64,000 nucleotides of DNA from the NCBI GenBank assembly GCA_031411135.1, contig JANOAN010000013.1, forward strand, positions 30,581-94,580. Direction: 5' to 3'. Each line of letters starts with the position of its first letter. The first letter of the stretch is position 1. Shown piece after piece: positions 48,215-58,185 of this stretch. Made by a program: the position numbers and the translations under genes. The notes under the pieces were generated by a model. It ran no database searches and was not told the origin of the DNA. It was given only the letters and a program-made list of their open reading frames with translations. Origin of the DNA: a bacterium. Lineage in GTDB: Bacteria; Patescibacteriota; Minisyncoccia; Phycocordibacterales; CAIZLB01.

Positions 48215-48865
48215 TTAAGTATTTACAGTTGACTCTGTCTTTCTAATATCCTTAGAGACCATATGTCCATCTACATCTAGTTCATATACAACTACCGCAC
48301 CAAAAAGCATCTCGATATTTTTGACCTCCTCATCTGATATCTTCTCAATATATTTCATCAAAGCACGGATTGCGTTACCATGCGAAGACATCAGGACATT
48401 TTTACCATTTTTCAAATGCGGCAAGATTGTATCTATAAAAAATGGCACAGTCCTCTCATAAACCATTTTCAAAGTCTCCCCATTTGGAATAGGACAATTC
48501 CATTCACGTCTCACAGCATTCCATCCATCTTCACCCAAAATCTTTTCCATCTCCCATTTATTTTTTGCAGTGTAGTCTCCATAATCTCGTTCATTCAAGG
48601 CCGATGAATGCTCTGTAGGTACATGATACTGCCCCATTGCCTCAAGCATAGAAGATAGCGTCTCGATTGATCTCACCTGCATAGATGCAAATGCGTGATC
48701 TATTTTTATTTCTTTTATCAGACAACCCATCTCTTCGGATTTTTTGAATCCATATTCGGTCAAATGCCTATACCTCATTCCTGTCCAAAGGCCCTTATGA
48801 TTCCAATCTGATTCGTGATGGCGGACGACTATGAATTTTCCCATTTTCTGTTCGGTTGGTTGCAT
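48215..48865 (-). CDS. 2,3-bisphosphoglycerate-dependent phosphoglycerate-mutase-family protein
   Basis: VVRHHESDWN (RHGE-variant) and SSHGNAIRAL (dPGM second His motif). Confidence 0.7.
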   Translation of the reverse strand: MQPTEQKMGKFIVVRHHESDWNHKGLWTGMRYRHLTEYGFKKSEEMGCLIKEIKIDHAFASMQVRSIETLSSMLEAMGQYHVPTEHSSALNERDYGDYTAKNKWEMEKILGEDGWNAVRREWNCPIPNGETLKMVYERTVPFFIDTILPHLKNGKNVLMSSHGNAIRALMKYIEKISDEEVKNIEMLFGAVVVYELDVDGHMVSKDIRKTESTVNT

Positions 48866-48877
48866 ATATAGATTATA

Positions 48878-49282
48878 TTACTTATTTAGAAAAGTTATAG
48901 TCAACTGCAAGCAAGTTGCGAATGTTCCCCATAAGAGATACGGGATATTGACGTAAACTACCCAGCGAAGTTCAGGCACATTGTTCCAGATTGCATAGAA
49001 TGCCCAGATAAGCGTTCCGACAACGAGTAATATATCTATCGACGCTAGGAGATTATTTTTCAGTCCAAATTGAATAGGAGTGAAGATAAGATTAAAAAGT
49101 ACATTCAGCGCAAAAGGCAAGGCAACAATCCACGGAATCTGCTTGGGAAATGCTTTGTAAAATACCGTGCCGAAAGAGACAGCAATAATCGCATAGAGCA
49201 CAGTCCACACTGGTCCAAAAAGCCAGCTAGGTGGAGCCCATGTTGGTTTAATAAGTTGTGAGTACCAGTTGTATGTGTTCAT
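48878..49282 (-). CDS. tspO: TspO/MBR family tryptophan-rich sensory protein
   Basis: WYSQLIKPTWAPPSWLFGPVWTVLY is the TspO N-terminal signature. Confidence 0.65.
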   Translation of the reverse strand: MNTYNWYSQLIKPTWAPPSWLFGPVWTVLYAIIAVSFGTVFYKAFPKQIPWIVALPFALNVLFNLIFTPIQFGLKNNLLASIDILLVVGTLIWAFYAIWNNVPELRWVVYVNIPYLLWGTFATCLQLTITFLNK

Positions 49283-49421
49283 AATTTTATAAATTTAATT
49301 AATAGGACAAGTACTTTTTCCTAGCGCGGCATAGAATCCACACTAGCTAAATATTACTTCAAAGAATGCGAAGGTTTTTCATATACCAATCATACCAGTT
49401 CTACTGTCTAATTAGTATACA

Positions 49422-49451
49422 GAAAAAGACCCTCAATATGAGGATCTTTTT
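49422..49451 (-). terminator. rho-independent terminator (serves mscL)
   Basis: gaccctc-aatat-gaggatc flanked by A- and T-runs. Confidence 0.5.
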
Positions 49452-49492
49452 CAGAATAACCGTATTGTATCCCTTTTTCTAAACCAAAACCT

Positions 49493-49886
49493 TTACCCCA
49501 AAACCTGAGTACAGTGTGAACATCTCTTTGCTTCAAGAGGAACTTCGCTTAGACATTCCTTACACTTCTTAGTTGTAGGATCTGCTGGCGGTTCCTTTCG
49601 TGATTTTGCAATAAGCACGTTCATTGGCTTGACTACAAAGAAGAATACTGACAAGGATGAATGAGATCAAAGCGTTGATAAAGTGACCATACATAAACTG
49701 GCTACCATTCAATGTGAATGAAAGTCCTCCAAAATCAGGAACCTTTGCGATAGCTGCAATTAATGGAGTCAATAGGTCTGCAACCAATGCCGTAACGATT
49801 GTTCCGAAAGCCGCTCCAACCACTACGCCGACTGCCAAATCGACAACATTCCCTCTTAATAAAAACTGTTTGAATTCTTTAAACAT
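49493..49886 (-). CDS. mscL: large-conductance mechanosensitive channel MscL with an apparent 1-nt frameshift near 49600
   Basis: N-terminus FKEFKQFLLRGNVVDLAVGVVVGAAFG. TM2 continues in the +1 frame as SVFFFVVKPMNVLIAKSRKEPP...KKCKECLSE...CSHC, ending about 50 nt before the terminator. The listed ORF 49569..49886 ends in out-of-frame residues. Confidence 0.7.
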
Positions 49887-49907
49887 AAATTTAATATTTC
49901 TTAATAA

Positions 49908-50366
49908 TTAATTTCCCTTTGGTAAGCCCTGACAAGCCACGCCATTTTTGTCACCATCAAGGCGGTTTGTGTCCCCCTTTACCCCACCTGATTTCTCAAA
50001 AAAACTCTGTGCTTCGGGCTGGGTAGCAAAATCATCACAATTGTACTGATCTGTATACTTTGCACCAGCTGTACCCTCTGGAACCACGTTTCCTAGCTTA
50101 TCACGTAAAACTTTAGTAATAAAGTTACCTGAAGAATCTCTTTTTAAGTCACCATTAGCATCCCTTTCGATTTTTGAGTCAGACATTGAGTTACCTGAGA
50201 GAATTGAACCTAGGTCAAAATCTTTATTGCCCATTTCCAACCCAAGGGCTCCCAACAAAACAACGATCACCGCTAGAAGAGCTTTTTTCTTACCTGTGCT
50301 TGGTTTTAAGTTCTCTGTATTTAATTTTTCCTTTACTATATTTCCAATTTGATTTTTTATATCCAT
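49908..50366 (-). CDS. secreted Excalibur (extracellular Ca-binding) domain protein
   Basis: N-terminal TM/signal. C-terminal [13 protein letters not shown] fits DxDxDGxxCE. Confidence 0.6.
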   Translation of the reverse strand: MDIKNQIGNIVKEKLNTENLKPSTGKKKALLAVIVVLLGALGLEMGNKDFDLGSILSGNSMSDSKIERDANGDLKRDSSGNFITKVLRDKLGNVVPEGTAGAKYTDQYNCDDFATQPEAQSFFEKSGGVKGDTNRLDGDKNGVACQGLPKGN

Positions 50367-50530
50367 AAAATTACCAGAGGTACATTATTACTGCTAAAAC
50401 GATTAAAACCACGATAACGGTTATTCTTAAATTTTTATTTCCACGTATATTGTTCATGAAGATATAATAAAACAATTTTTAGGCATAAACAACGTTCTAA
50501 AAACTATCTTTGGAGACAACCTCCACTTAT

Positions 50531-50626
50531 GTAAAAAACCATATTTTTATGGGTGTTTTTCAATGTTTTCTACCAAACAACCGATGTTAGAACTACGATT
50601 ATGGAGAACAAAGGGTATATTTATAT
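50531..50626 (+). repeat. copy A of a ~95-nt hairpin-plus-conserved-block element (degenerate copy)
   Basis: Imperfect hairpin aaaaaaccat..atgggtgttttt, then agaactacgattatggagaacaaagggtatatttatat. It matches copy B at 36/38 positions. Confidence 0.6.
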
Positions 50627-50633
50627 ACTCAAA

Positions 50634-51209
50634 TTATAAAGGATTTGATAATAACAAATCTTCAGAATCTGGAATCGCATAAGCTTCGGCATTGGTTAAA
50701 TGCCCATCGTGTTGATCAATACGCACCAACTGTTTACCTTCTTTAAACACTAAAATTAAACCGTGTTCGCTATCCCATTCACATTTTAAGACGACTTCGA
50801 AATAAATCATTTTATTATTTTTCATATCCCCACCTTCACGATCTCTGTATTTTATATAAATAAATTTTGGGCTTATAAATTTCCATGCGTCTAAATAATT
50901 TTTTATGTGTAGGGGTTCTATATCTACCAACGTAATAGCTTGTTTGTAGTTCTCATACACCAATCTAGATACTTTTTCCTTATAGATTAAATTCAATTCT
51001 AAAAAAGATTTTACTGCGGTTGAAATTTTATTCTCAAACTCCAGCTCATTCTCATTCCAAAAGGCTTCTCCCCAGTCATCTTTGATCGTTATAGTAAACT
51101 GCACTTTCTTATTATCGAAGAATGGAATCTCTATTTCTTCACTACACATCCAGGCACTGATATCGACATCTGCTTTTAGATTACCTAATCCTTTAATATA
51201 GTTATTCAT
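50634..51209 (-). CDS. hypothetical protein (191 aa)
   Basis: ORF with no recognisable motif. Lies inside the repeat-flanked segment. Confidence 0.5.
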   Translation of the reverse strand: MNNYIKGLGNLKADVDISAWMCSEEIEIPFFDNKKVQFTITIKDDWGEAFWNENELEFENKISTAVKSFLELNLIYKEKVSRLVYENYKQAITLVDIEPLHIKNYLDAWKFISPKFIYIKYRDREGGDMKNNKMIYFEVVLKCEWDSEHGLILVFKEGKQLVRIDQHDGHLTNAEAYAIPDSEDLLLSNPL

Positions 51210-51248
51210 ATTTATATATTATCACTACCCCATAGAAAAACCCATTTT

Positions 51249-52745
51249 TTATTTTTTTAGTATTAGAAAATTATCCAGGAAGTCTTGGGCTTTTTTTGTA
51301 AAACTTCTTCTTTTTTCATCTCTCATTTTTTGATATGTAATACCGATAAAACCGAGTCTCCCCTCTCCTTTCAATTTATTGTAATGGGTGCCAACAAAAT
51401 TCCAAAAAAGAGAATCCCATATATCTGACCATTCACCTTTCTTATAATCACTCATTTTTAAAATATAGTTTGAGCCAGATATGTATGGTTTTGTAGTAAC
51501 TAGCCCACCATCAGCATATAGCGCCATACTGTAGACATTTGGGACCATCACCCAGTCATAGGCGTCTATGTAAAGCTCCATAAACCATTTATACACCTGA
51601 TCTGGATGAAACCCACATAAATTCATAAAATTTCCCATAACCATAAGTCTTTTAATATGGTGAGAATACGCTGTTTGCAAGACCTCATTTATCGTATGAT
51701 CCACAGGGCCAATACTTGTCGTTGCAGCCCAAAAACTTTCTGGAACATTTCTATGAGCATTAAAATAATTTGCATTACGAATCTTTGAGCCATCAAGTAT
51801 ATAGATAGCCCGCATATATTCACGCCAGCCAATTATTTGTCTGATAAATCCTTCAACAGAAGCAAGTGACGTGTGAGGGTTTTCTTTAACATATTCAAGA
51901 GTCTGTTCTATGACATATTGAGGAGTGAGTAAGCCTATATTTAAAACAGGAGAAAGAATGCTGTGAAAAAGTAAACCATTCTCAGTGGTGATAGCATCTT
52001 CATATGGTCCAAATGATTCTAGCTTTTCTTTCAAGAATTTCTTTAGCCAAATATTAGACTCTTGTTTTGTGACTGGATAGAAAAAGTAATCGTCATTGCC
52101 ATAGTTTGTTTTAAAATATTTCTCTACATACTCCTTAGCCTCTAATACATACCTGTTTTTAGAGTGCGGGGGCATTTCTGGAAGTTCTAGTCTTTTTGGC
52201 AACTTCTTTCTATTGTCCGTATCAAAACTCCATTTGCCCCCAGTCGGTTTACCGTCTTTTTCAATTAAAATACCTAATCTTTTGCGTTGCCACTCGTAAA
52301 AGTTTTTCATTAGATATGTGCGCCCGCCTTTTTGATTAGAAAAATAATCAATCAAAATCTTCTTTTCTGTTAAGTATAGAGGTGTATCGATAATCTCATG
52401 TCGAATGTTATGTTTTACAAGAGCCTTGATCAACCTTTTTTCAAGCCAATCATCGACTGGGTCACACATCTGAATTTTCGATATATTATATTTTTTCAAA
52501 ATACTGACCACGTCAGAAGTTTCTTTAAGGTCCTTGAATTCAACATACACGACTTCAAAACCCGAACTCACAAGCTCAGCTTCATAAGCTTTCATGCTTG
52601 CACGGTGTAGAACCAACTTCTGTTTATGGAATTTATATTGTGTAAAAAATAATGGTTCCTCTACAATAAAAACCAATACCCCCTTTTTGAGAATAGGGTT
52701 ATTTTCAAAAAGTTGATGTGGATAAATTAGTACAGCTTCTTTCAT
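51249..52745 (-). CDS. deoxyribodipyrimidine photolyase-related protein (DPRP, cryptochrome/photolyase superfamily)
   Basis: GFIRQIIGWREYMR, HHIKRLMVMGNFMNLCGFHP and YIDAYDWVMVPNV blocks are typical of the DPRP family. Confidence 0.75.
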   Translation of the reverse strand: MKEAVLIYPHQLFENNPILKKGVLVFIVEEPLFFTQYKFHKQKLVLHRASMKAYEAELVSSGFEVVYVEFKDLKETSDVVSILKKYNISKIQMCDPVDDWLEKRLIKALVKHNIRHEIIDTPLYLTEKKILIDYFSNQKGGRTYLMKNFYEWQRKRLGILIEKDGKPTGGKWSFDTDNRKKLPKRLELPEMPPHSKNRYVLEAKEYVEKYFKTNYGNDDYFFYPVTKQESNIWLKKFLKEKLESFGPYEDAITTENGLLFHSILSPVLNIGLLTPQYVIEQTLEYVKENPHTSLASVEGFIRQIIGWREYMRAIYILDGSKIRNANYFNAHRNVPESFWAATTSIGPVDHTINEVLQTAYSHHIKRLMVMGNFMNLCGFHPDQVYKWFMELYIDAYDWVMVPNVYSMALYADGGLVTTKPYISGSNYILKMSDYKKGEWSDIWDSLFWNFVGTHYNKLKGEGRLGFIGITYQKMRDEKRRSFTKKAQDFLDNFLILKK

Positions 52746-52876
52746 ATTATTTTTTTTGTTTGGTTCGACACTTTTTTTATTTTAAAACGGTGTGAGTATT
52801 TTAAACACAGTCTACAATTTATTGTTTGGTGGATATAAGTACATTATACCAGTTCCTCAATACCATTCTCCTACAG

Positions 52877-52970
52877 AAAAACACCCATATAAAATGGGTG
52901 TTTTTCGATTGCGCGCCGTAGTGAACGAAGTGAGAACTGCGATTATGGAGAACAAAGGGTATATTTACAT
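52877..52970 (+). repeat. copy B of the ~95-nt hairpin-plus-conserved-block element (intact copy, encodes a 35-aa ORF)
   Basis: Perfect 10-bp hairpin aaaacaccca-tataaa-atgggtgttt, then agaactgcgattatggagaacaaagggtatatttacat. Plus-strand ORF MGVFRLRAVVNEVRTAIMENKGYIYIPDLQNSTPR. Confidence 0.6.
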
Positions 52971-53025
52971 TCCAGATTTACAGAACTCTACTCCACGGTA
53001 GTTCACACTATATCTCCAAATCAAA

Positions 53026-53733
53026 TTATAATCTCTTGCTTAATCTCTTATATGGAACTCTATTGGTAGTAAGTCTAGGATAAACCGTGTTTAAAACATC
53101 AAACTTATTATTTTCATTATATGTAATCATAATCTCTCCTATATCCTTAATATTAAGCTTTTTTAACTCGTTATGAACATTATGAAAAAAGTTTTCTTCA
53201 ATTTCTCCAGAAGACCCTAGTGTAATGAACAAATTTGTGGATCCGAGATCAAAAGCGTAATGTTCAAGCTTTTTCTTTAAGAAAGACATGAATTCTACAA
53301 TATTACAATTCCCCTTATAACTCTTTAGTTGAAAGGCTCTTAATGCATCTTCGCCAAGCAAACACACGTCTGTATAATGATTTTCTTTAATATTTATCTT
53401 TAAAGATTCCAGAGAGTTTATATTATGTTTAGTTGGATTGAAGCCATCTTTCATAAAGAAACAGACCCTGCTATCTTTTGGAAAAAAGGTCAGCATCATA
53501 TAGGCCACTGTAAATATTTCGACATCATCCTTATCATTCACAAGTGAGTACTGACTAGCAATCTCGTGCATTTTTTCTTTATTTCTTAAAAAATAAGGAA
53601 AATCCCCTTGCAAGAGACTTGTCTCTTCAAATATGCGCTTCGCAAGTTGTTCTCTAGAAGTGGCCTCAAAAATACGTCTGATATCCTGGACATCAAAACA
53701 AACTAGATTTAATTTTTTATGATAATAAATCAT
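53026..53733 (-). CDS. hypothetical protein, last gene of the MTase/helicase operon
   Basis: ORF 53026..53826. Start chosen at MIYYHKK, which gives a 17-nt overlap with the upstream gene. Confidence 0.5.
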   Translation of the reverse strand: MIYYHKKLNLVCFDVQDIRRIFEATSREQLAKRIFEETSLLQGDFPYFLRNKEKMHEIASQYSLVNDKDDVEIFTVAYMMLTFFPKDSRVCFFMKDGFNPTKHNINSLESLKINIKENHYTDVCLLGEDALRAFQLKSYKGNCNIVEFMSFLKKKLEHYAFDLGSTNLFITLGSSGEIEENFFHNVHNELKKLNIKDIGEIMITYNENNKFDVLNTVYPRLTTNRVPYKRLSKRL

Positions 53734-54475
53734 CGGAATACTTTTTAAGTGTTCCGTCCATGAGAGAAGCAAACAGATAAGTTGTGTCAACGATACTCTT
53801 ATAAAGCATAAAACTTTCATCTGCAAACTTGTTTAAAGTCTCATCGAACTTATTTTTGTCTTTCTTAAGTTCGTATAATGCCGCTTCGCCAAATGGACCT
53901 CCATGAACACCAGAAGACATATTTGTATACTCAATCAACCTTTCTAATAAGTACTCTTTTTTGTATCTCTTTATAGTCTCATTTTTCTCGTTATTGTTAT
54001 TTTCTATCAAGTAATGGAAAATCTTCTCAATACGAAAACCTTTGGCAACTTCTCTTATTTCATTATTATGATCACCCTTTGTACTCCATTTAGTTTCTTC
54101 TGGATAAACTATCTTTTTGTAATTAATAACTTTATCTACAGACTCTAAATCTTCATTGGCTCTAAGCGACTGGTAATAGGCTTCACCTGCAGAATCGGTA
54201 TCTTCGTTTAAAGCTTTAACAAATATGTATAAGTGCCTAAAGCTATGCTCAATCAAGGATCTGAATAAAATTGAAGCAGAATAAGGATCGCCACTTTTAC
54301 ATGAAAATAAAATAGTATTTATCAAATAACCACTCTTTGGAACAAAAGAGACCACTGCTTTGCCCGTATATTTAAACTTACTCTTACTTAAAGACTCTAT
54401 GATAAATGGTAGAGATGTCTGAATTTTTTTAGACAAGTTTTCATTTAAGACAAAATTTTCATCAATAGTAGCCAT
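53717..54475 (-). CDS. hypothetical protein (252 aa)
   Basis: ORF in tight operon spacing. No recognisable motif. Confidence 0.5.
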   Translation of the reverse strand: MATIDENFVLNENLSKKIQTSLPFIIESLSKSKFKYTGKAVVSFVPKSGYLINTILFSCKSGDPYSASILFRSLIEHSFRHLYIFVKALNEDTDSAGEAYYQSLRANEDLESVDKVINYKKIVYPEETKWSTKGDHNNEIREVAKGFRIEKIFHYLIENNNNEKNETIKRYKKEYLLERLIEYTNMSSGVHGGPFGEAALYELKKDKNKFDETLNKFADESFMLYKSIVDTTYLFASLMDGTLKKYSDDLLS

Positions 54476-54494
54476 AATTTTGTAGCTTTATATA

Positions 54495-54809
54495 CTAATG
54501 ACTACCCTTAGTTTGCTTTTCAAGCCTATCTATAATTTTGTCCTGGTTTGATTTTATCTCATTCAACAAATCCTTATTTTCATTTAACAAAACAGAACGT
54601 TCTTCAATCCTACTTTCATATTCTTTATACGTAACTGAAGAAAATCTAAAAGAATCGATGATAATTTGAATGAAAACCAATATAACAACTATCAAGACTG
54701 CGTAAATGATAGTCTGGGTAGAATTATATCTTCTGTCGGTATGCTCATTTGCCTTTGCAACAGCCCCGTTATAAACATCCTTGTTATTTTTAAAATTTAT
54801 TGGAGACAT
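54495..54809 (-). CDS. small single-pass membrane protein with a C-terminal coiled coil
   Basis: 104 aa. TM IIYAVLIVVILVFIQIII, then a heptad-like YKEYESRIEERSVLLNENKDLLNEIKSNQDKIIDRLEK. Confidence 0.5.
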   Translation of the reverse strand: MSPINFKNNKDVYNGAVAKANEHTDRRYNSTQTIIYAVLIVVILVFIQIIIDSFRFSSVTYKEYESRIEERSVLLNENKDLLNEIKSNQDKIIDRLEKQTKGSH

Positions 54810-54814
54810 ATATT

Positions 54815-55063
54815 TTATAGTGATAAATCAGGACACACAATTTTAAGAGCAAATTGATGAACTCTACCTGTTTTATTATCGATAACAACGACCATCGGTA
54901 TCCTTGGACCCCCACCTAGAGATATAACATTTGGATCTTGCTGAATGTCTAAAAATACTAAACCATCAACAAGTGTTAGGTCCCCGCTCAAACCAGCTGG
55001 ACCTGCAATCTTTTGTAATCCTTGCTGAATCTTTTCTTTATTGTTTTGAAAAAAATTATTCAT
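54815..55063 (-). CDS. hypothetical small protein (82 aa)
   Basis: ORF 9 nt downstream of the MTase stop. Confidence 0.45.
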   Translation of the reverse strand: MNNFFQNNKEKIQQGLQKIAGPAGLSGDLTLVDGLVFLDIQQDPNVISLGGGPRIPMVVVIDNKTGRVHQFALKIVCPDLSL

Positions 55064-55071
55064 GTATGTAT

Positions 55072-58000
55072 TTAGTTAAATTTTCTGATAATATCCTTTT
55101 CCTCATGGTTTAATTCATACAAATCCATAACCACTTCGTCTATTTCAAGTTCTAGATCTTTTGCATCGTTACTATCAGACTGTTTTAACTCAATAATCTT
55201 TTTAACAATATCAATAATATATTTTTGTTTATTTTCATTCGCGACCACAATAGGAATCTTTTTAATTTCATTACTGTTGATCCTCAAATAACCTCCAGCG
55301 AGCGAGAGCGAACTAAAATAAGTTTTGTACCACCAAGAAATGAGCTTTGAATTTAGAATACCTAGAAGATAGAGAAGATCGATTTTATCATTATCTAGAA
55401 TAATTGTTGTGGATTTTCCTGCTATATATTCTCCATTATCATAAAAAACTTCTAATCTCTTTGACATACCAGCAATAATGAGTTTCCTACCACTACTCTG
55501 CTTAAAACGGTTTGGTAATAGTTCAATTAGCTTTTCATCCAAGGCTATTGGTTTATCATAAGAATCCTTAATATACTGTGTTCTCTTGTTTCCCCACAAA
55601 GAAACGTAAGGGTCTATGGTTCCAGAGTTTATTAATTTTTTAAATTTGTCATCGTCTGTATTTACCTCTTTAATAATTTCTTTTAGTTGATATGCTTCAT
55701 TTACAGTCGCTGCACCCAGAACTAAATTATTAACTTTTTCAAGCGGAGGGTTTTTTGAAATCTTAACAATAACCTCTAATTCTTGAGGTTTAATAAAATA
55801 TCTATCCCAATAGATATCTGCATAAAATAAGGAATGCGGCACTGTATTTATTAAGTCATATTGCTCAATGTCTTTCATTTTTGTCAAAATAACACTCGAG
55901 CCAACATTTATCGAGTTGGACACTTGAAAAACTATAGGGTATACACTAGCCTCTTTAAAGACATTAACATCTGAATAATCCCTTATATATTTTATGTTTT
56001 TTGTTTGCATGTACGATCTAATAGATTCTGAATATTTCGCGGCAATTAATTTATTTGGAACAATATAGGAAAGATTTCCATAATTACTCAAAAACTTTAT
56101 TCCTTGCTCTATAAAAACGACAAATAAGTCCCAATTACCACTTGCACATTTATATTGTGATGTATAAAACTCTCGCAAGGCAGGATCATCTCTTACCATA
56201 GTTTCAGAATCTACATATGGTGGGTTCCCGATGACAACGTCAAACTTTTCTTCCATTCCAAACATCCATTCAGGATCAAACCAAGAATTTGAGTGGTTAC
56301 TGAATGGATCCCAAAGAGTCAATTTTTGAGTCAATTCACCGATATTTGAGCCGAAAGCTGACAAAGCTTTGTTAAGAATACTTTTTTGAGCATTCGTGAA
56401 TTTTAACTTCATTTCATTCTTTCTGTGACTATTACACGAGAAGTAATCTGACATTATTTCAGATAATTCTACTATGCCAGAATGATCATCAAACATGCTA
56501 ATTTTTTCTGATCTAGGTAGACCAATTAAGGTATTTGCACACACAAACTTAAAATCCAAGTTAGGTAAGGGTTCAATTCCCCTATTCGGCTTGTCATCAT
56601 ATATTTCTGATTCAACAACCAAAGTAAGAAAACATCTCAAACGAGATACGTCTACGGCGATAGGCTGAATATCCACCCCGAAGATTGAATTCTTTATAAC
56701 ATCAAGCTTTCTTGTGTAATCAAATGGATTGGAATGGACTTCATTAATTATTTTTTGCTTATATAACTCTGGTACCCCTTTTAATTTATGATTGAGCCAT
56801 AATTTACAATCTGGATCTATAGATTTTAAGATGAAAACAATTTTCTGCAATGCTCCTATTGGGTAGGCTCCAGAACCACAAGCTGGGTCAAGGAGTCTTA
56901 AAGACTCTATCGCATCAACAATCTTTTGCTTCTCGCTATCAGTTAAAGGGTACTCTACATCGTCATTCAAATCATAGCTTACAAGAGCAGATATTTTATT
57001 TATATCAATATCTGTCTTTATCTTAAGATACTCAATGAGAGACTGATCCACCATATATTCTACAATTTGGCGTGGGGTATAAAAACTACCAGTTCTTTTA
57101 CGCTCGCTACCTCCCGTTTCTGGATTAATTTCAGCAAGAAGGTTTTCAAAAATTCTACCAAGCATTTCTGGGTCAACAGAAAGTTCCTGGTCAAACGCTG
57201 TATTTTCATCGATAGTAAAATTGTATGTTTCCAACAACCCAAAGAAATCTCTAAACCAGACATCATTAACTTTGAGAGTATTTATATATTTTGAAGCAAA
57301 GGTTCCACGATCTAACTCATAATAGTCATCTAACTGCGGATTAAAAAGTCCACCATTGAGATAAGGGACCTTATCAAACAAATCATTACGGATATCTCGA
57401 GAATCAATACTAGTGTTTAGTACACCAAAAAATAAAGGCTCCAATATTTCATGGTAGTAATTACTATGAACAACCATTGAGGAAAGAAGTTCATCTGGGA
57501 TTAATTGTCCAGCAACAGACTTCTTTTGCTTCAAAAACCAACAAAACATAATACGACCAATTAGCCTGACGGCAAAACTTTTACGAATATTCTGATCTTC
57601 TTGCGATACTCCAGGGAGACTCAAGTAATTAGCTTGTTTTGAAATAAGTTCATCAAAGTATTTAGCTACCTCGAGATAGAATTGCTTATTAACGACCTCT
57701 ACAGAAAACCTACTCAATAAATCTTCACTGTTTTTTACTTTCCCTTTTTTGATCAACTGTTGCTGTGGTGTGTTAACCTTTGCATTAACACCTAAATAAA
57801 ATGAGTATCTTCTTGCATTAGAATACTTCCTTACCGCTTTATTCTTCTCATTTAGATCTAGAGATATAGTTAAGTAAGATAATCTGTAATTATCTGATTG
57901 GTTTTTGAATACTACCAAAGCTCGATGTATCCAGTGATCGGCAAGGATCTTAAAAGCATCAGTAGCAATAGCAATCCTGGGATCATTTTCTCTCTCGTGA

Positions 58001-58185
58001 TCCATCTCTAAAACATACAAATCCAGCGACTCACAAAAACCCAAGATTTTTGCTTTTGTAATCTCTTTATACCTATCTTTTTTGATTAGAATATCCTCTT
58101 CCTTCTCTACAAAATCTTCTGGTAGGAAGTCCTTTGCGAAGTGAAGAAAATGTTCAGATTGATACTTTTCATTAAATTTCATCAT
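55072..58185 (-). CDS. gamma-class N6-adenine DNA methyltransferase, large (1037 aa), PglX/DrmMI/Eco57I-like
   Basis: Motif X GSFYTP, motif I LDPACGSGAY, motif IV VIGNPPYV, in gamma order. Long helical N-terminal domain and a ~350-aa C-terminal TRD-like region. Confidence 0.85.
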   Translation of the reverse strand: MMKFNEKYQSEHFLHFAKDFLPEDFVEKEEDILIKKDRYKEITKAKILGFCESLDLYVLEMDHERENDPRIAIATDAFKILADHWIHRALVVFKNQSDNYRLSYLTISLDLNEKNKAVRKYSNARRYSFYLGVNAKVNTPQQQLIKKGKVKNSEDLLSRFSVEVVNKQFYLEVAKYFDELISKQANYLSLPGVSQEDQNIRKSFAVRLIGRIMFCWFLKQKKSVAGQLIPDELLSSMVVHSNYYHEILEPLFFGVLNTSIDSRDIRNDLFDKVPYLNGGLFNPQLDDYYELDRGTFASKYINTLKVNDVWFRDFFGLLETYNFTIDENTAFDQELSVDPEMLGRIFENLLAEINPETGGSERKRTGSFYTPRQIVEYMVDQSLIEYLKIKTDIDINKISALVSYDLNDDVEYPLTDSEKQKIVDAIESLRLLDPACGSGAYPIGALQKIVFILKSIDPDCKLWLNHKLKGVPELYKQKIINEVHSNPFDYTRKLDVIKNSIFGVDIQPIAVDVSRLRCFLTLVVESEIYDDKPNRGIEPLPNLDFKFVCANTLIGLPRSEKISMFDDHSGIVELSEIMSDYFSCNSHRKNEMKLKFTNAQKSILNKALSAFGSNIGELTQKLTLWDPFSNHSNSWFDPEWMFGMEEKFDVVIGNPPYVDSETMVRDDPALREFYTSQYKCASGNWDLFVVFIEQGIKFLSNYGNLSYIVPNKLIAAKYSESIRSYMQTKNIKYIRDYSDVNVFKEASVYPIVFQVSNSINVGSSVILTKMKDIEQYDLINTVPHSLFYADIYWDRYFIKPQELEVIVKISKNPPLEKVNNLVLGAATVNEAYQLKEIIKEVNTDDDKFKKLINSGTIDPYVSLWGNKRTQYIKDSYDKPIALDEKLIELLPNRFKQSSGRKLIIAGMSKRLEVFYDNGEYIAGKSTTIILDNDKIDLLYLLGILNSKLISWWYKTYFSSLSLAGGYLRINSNEIKKIPIVVANENKQKYIIDIVKKIIELKQSDSNDAKDLELEIDEVVMDLYELNHEEKDIIRKFN

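Noticed and set aside
52792-53001. 69-aa ORF 52792..53001 as an ordinary protein-coding gene
   Set aside because: Only its C-terminal 35 codons are conserved in the second repeat copy, and they begin inside a palindromic hairpin. It is treated as part of the repeat element rather than an independent CDS.
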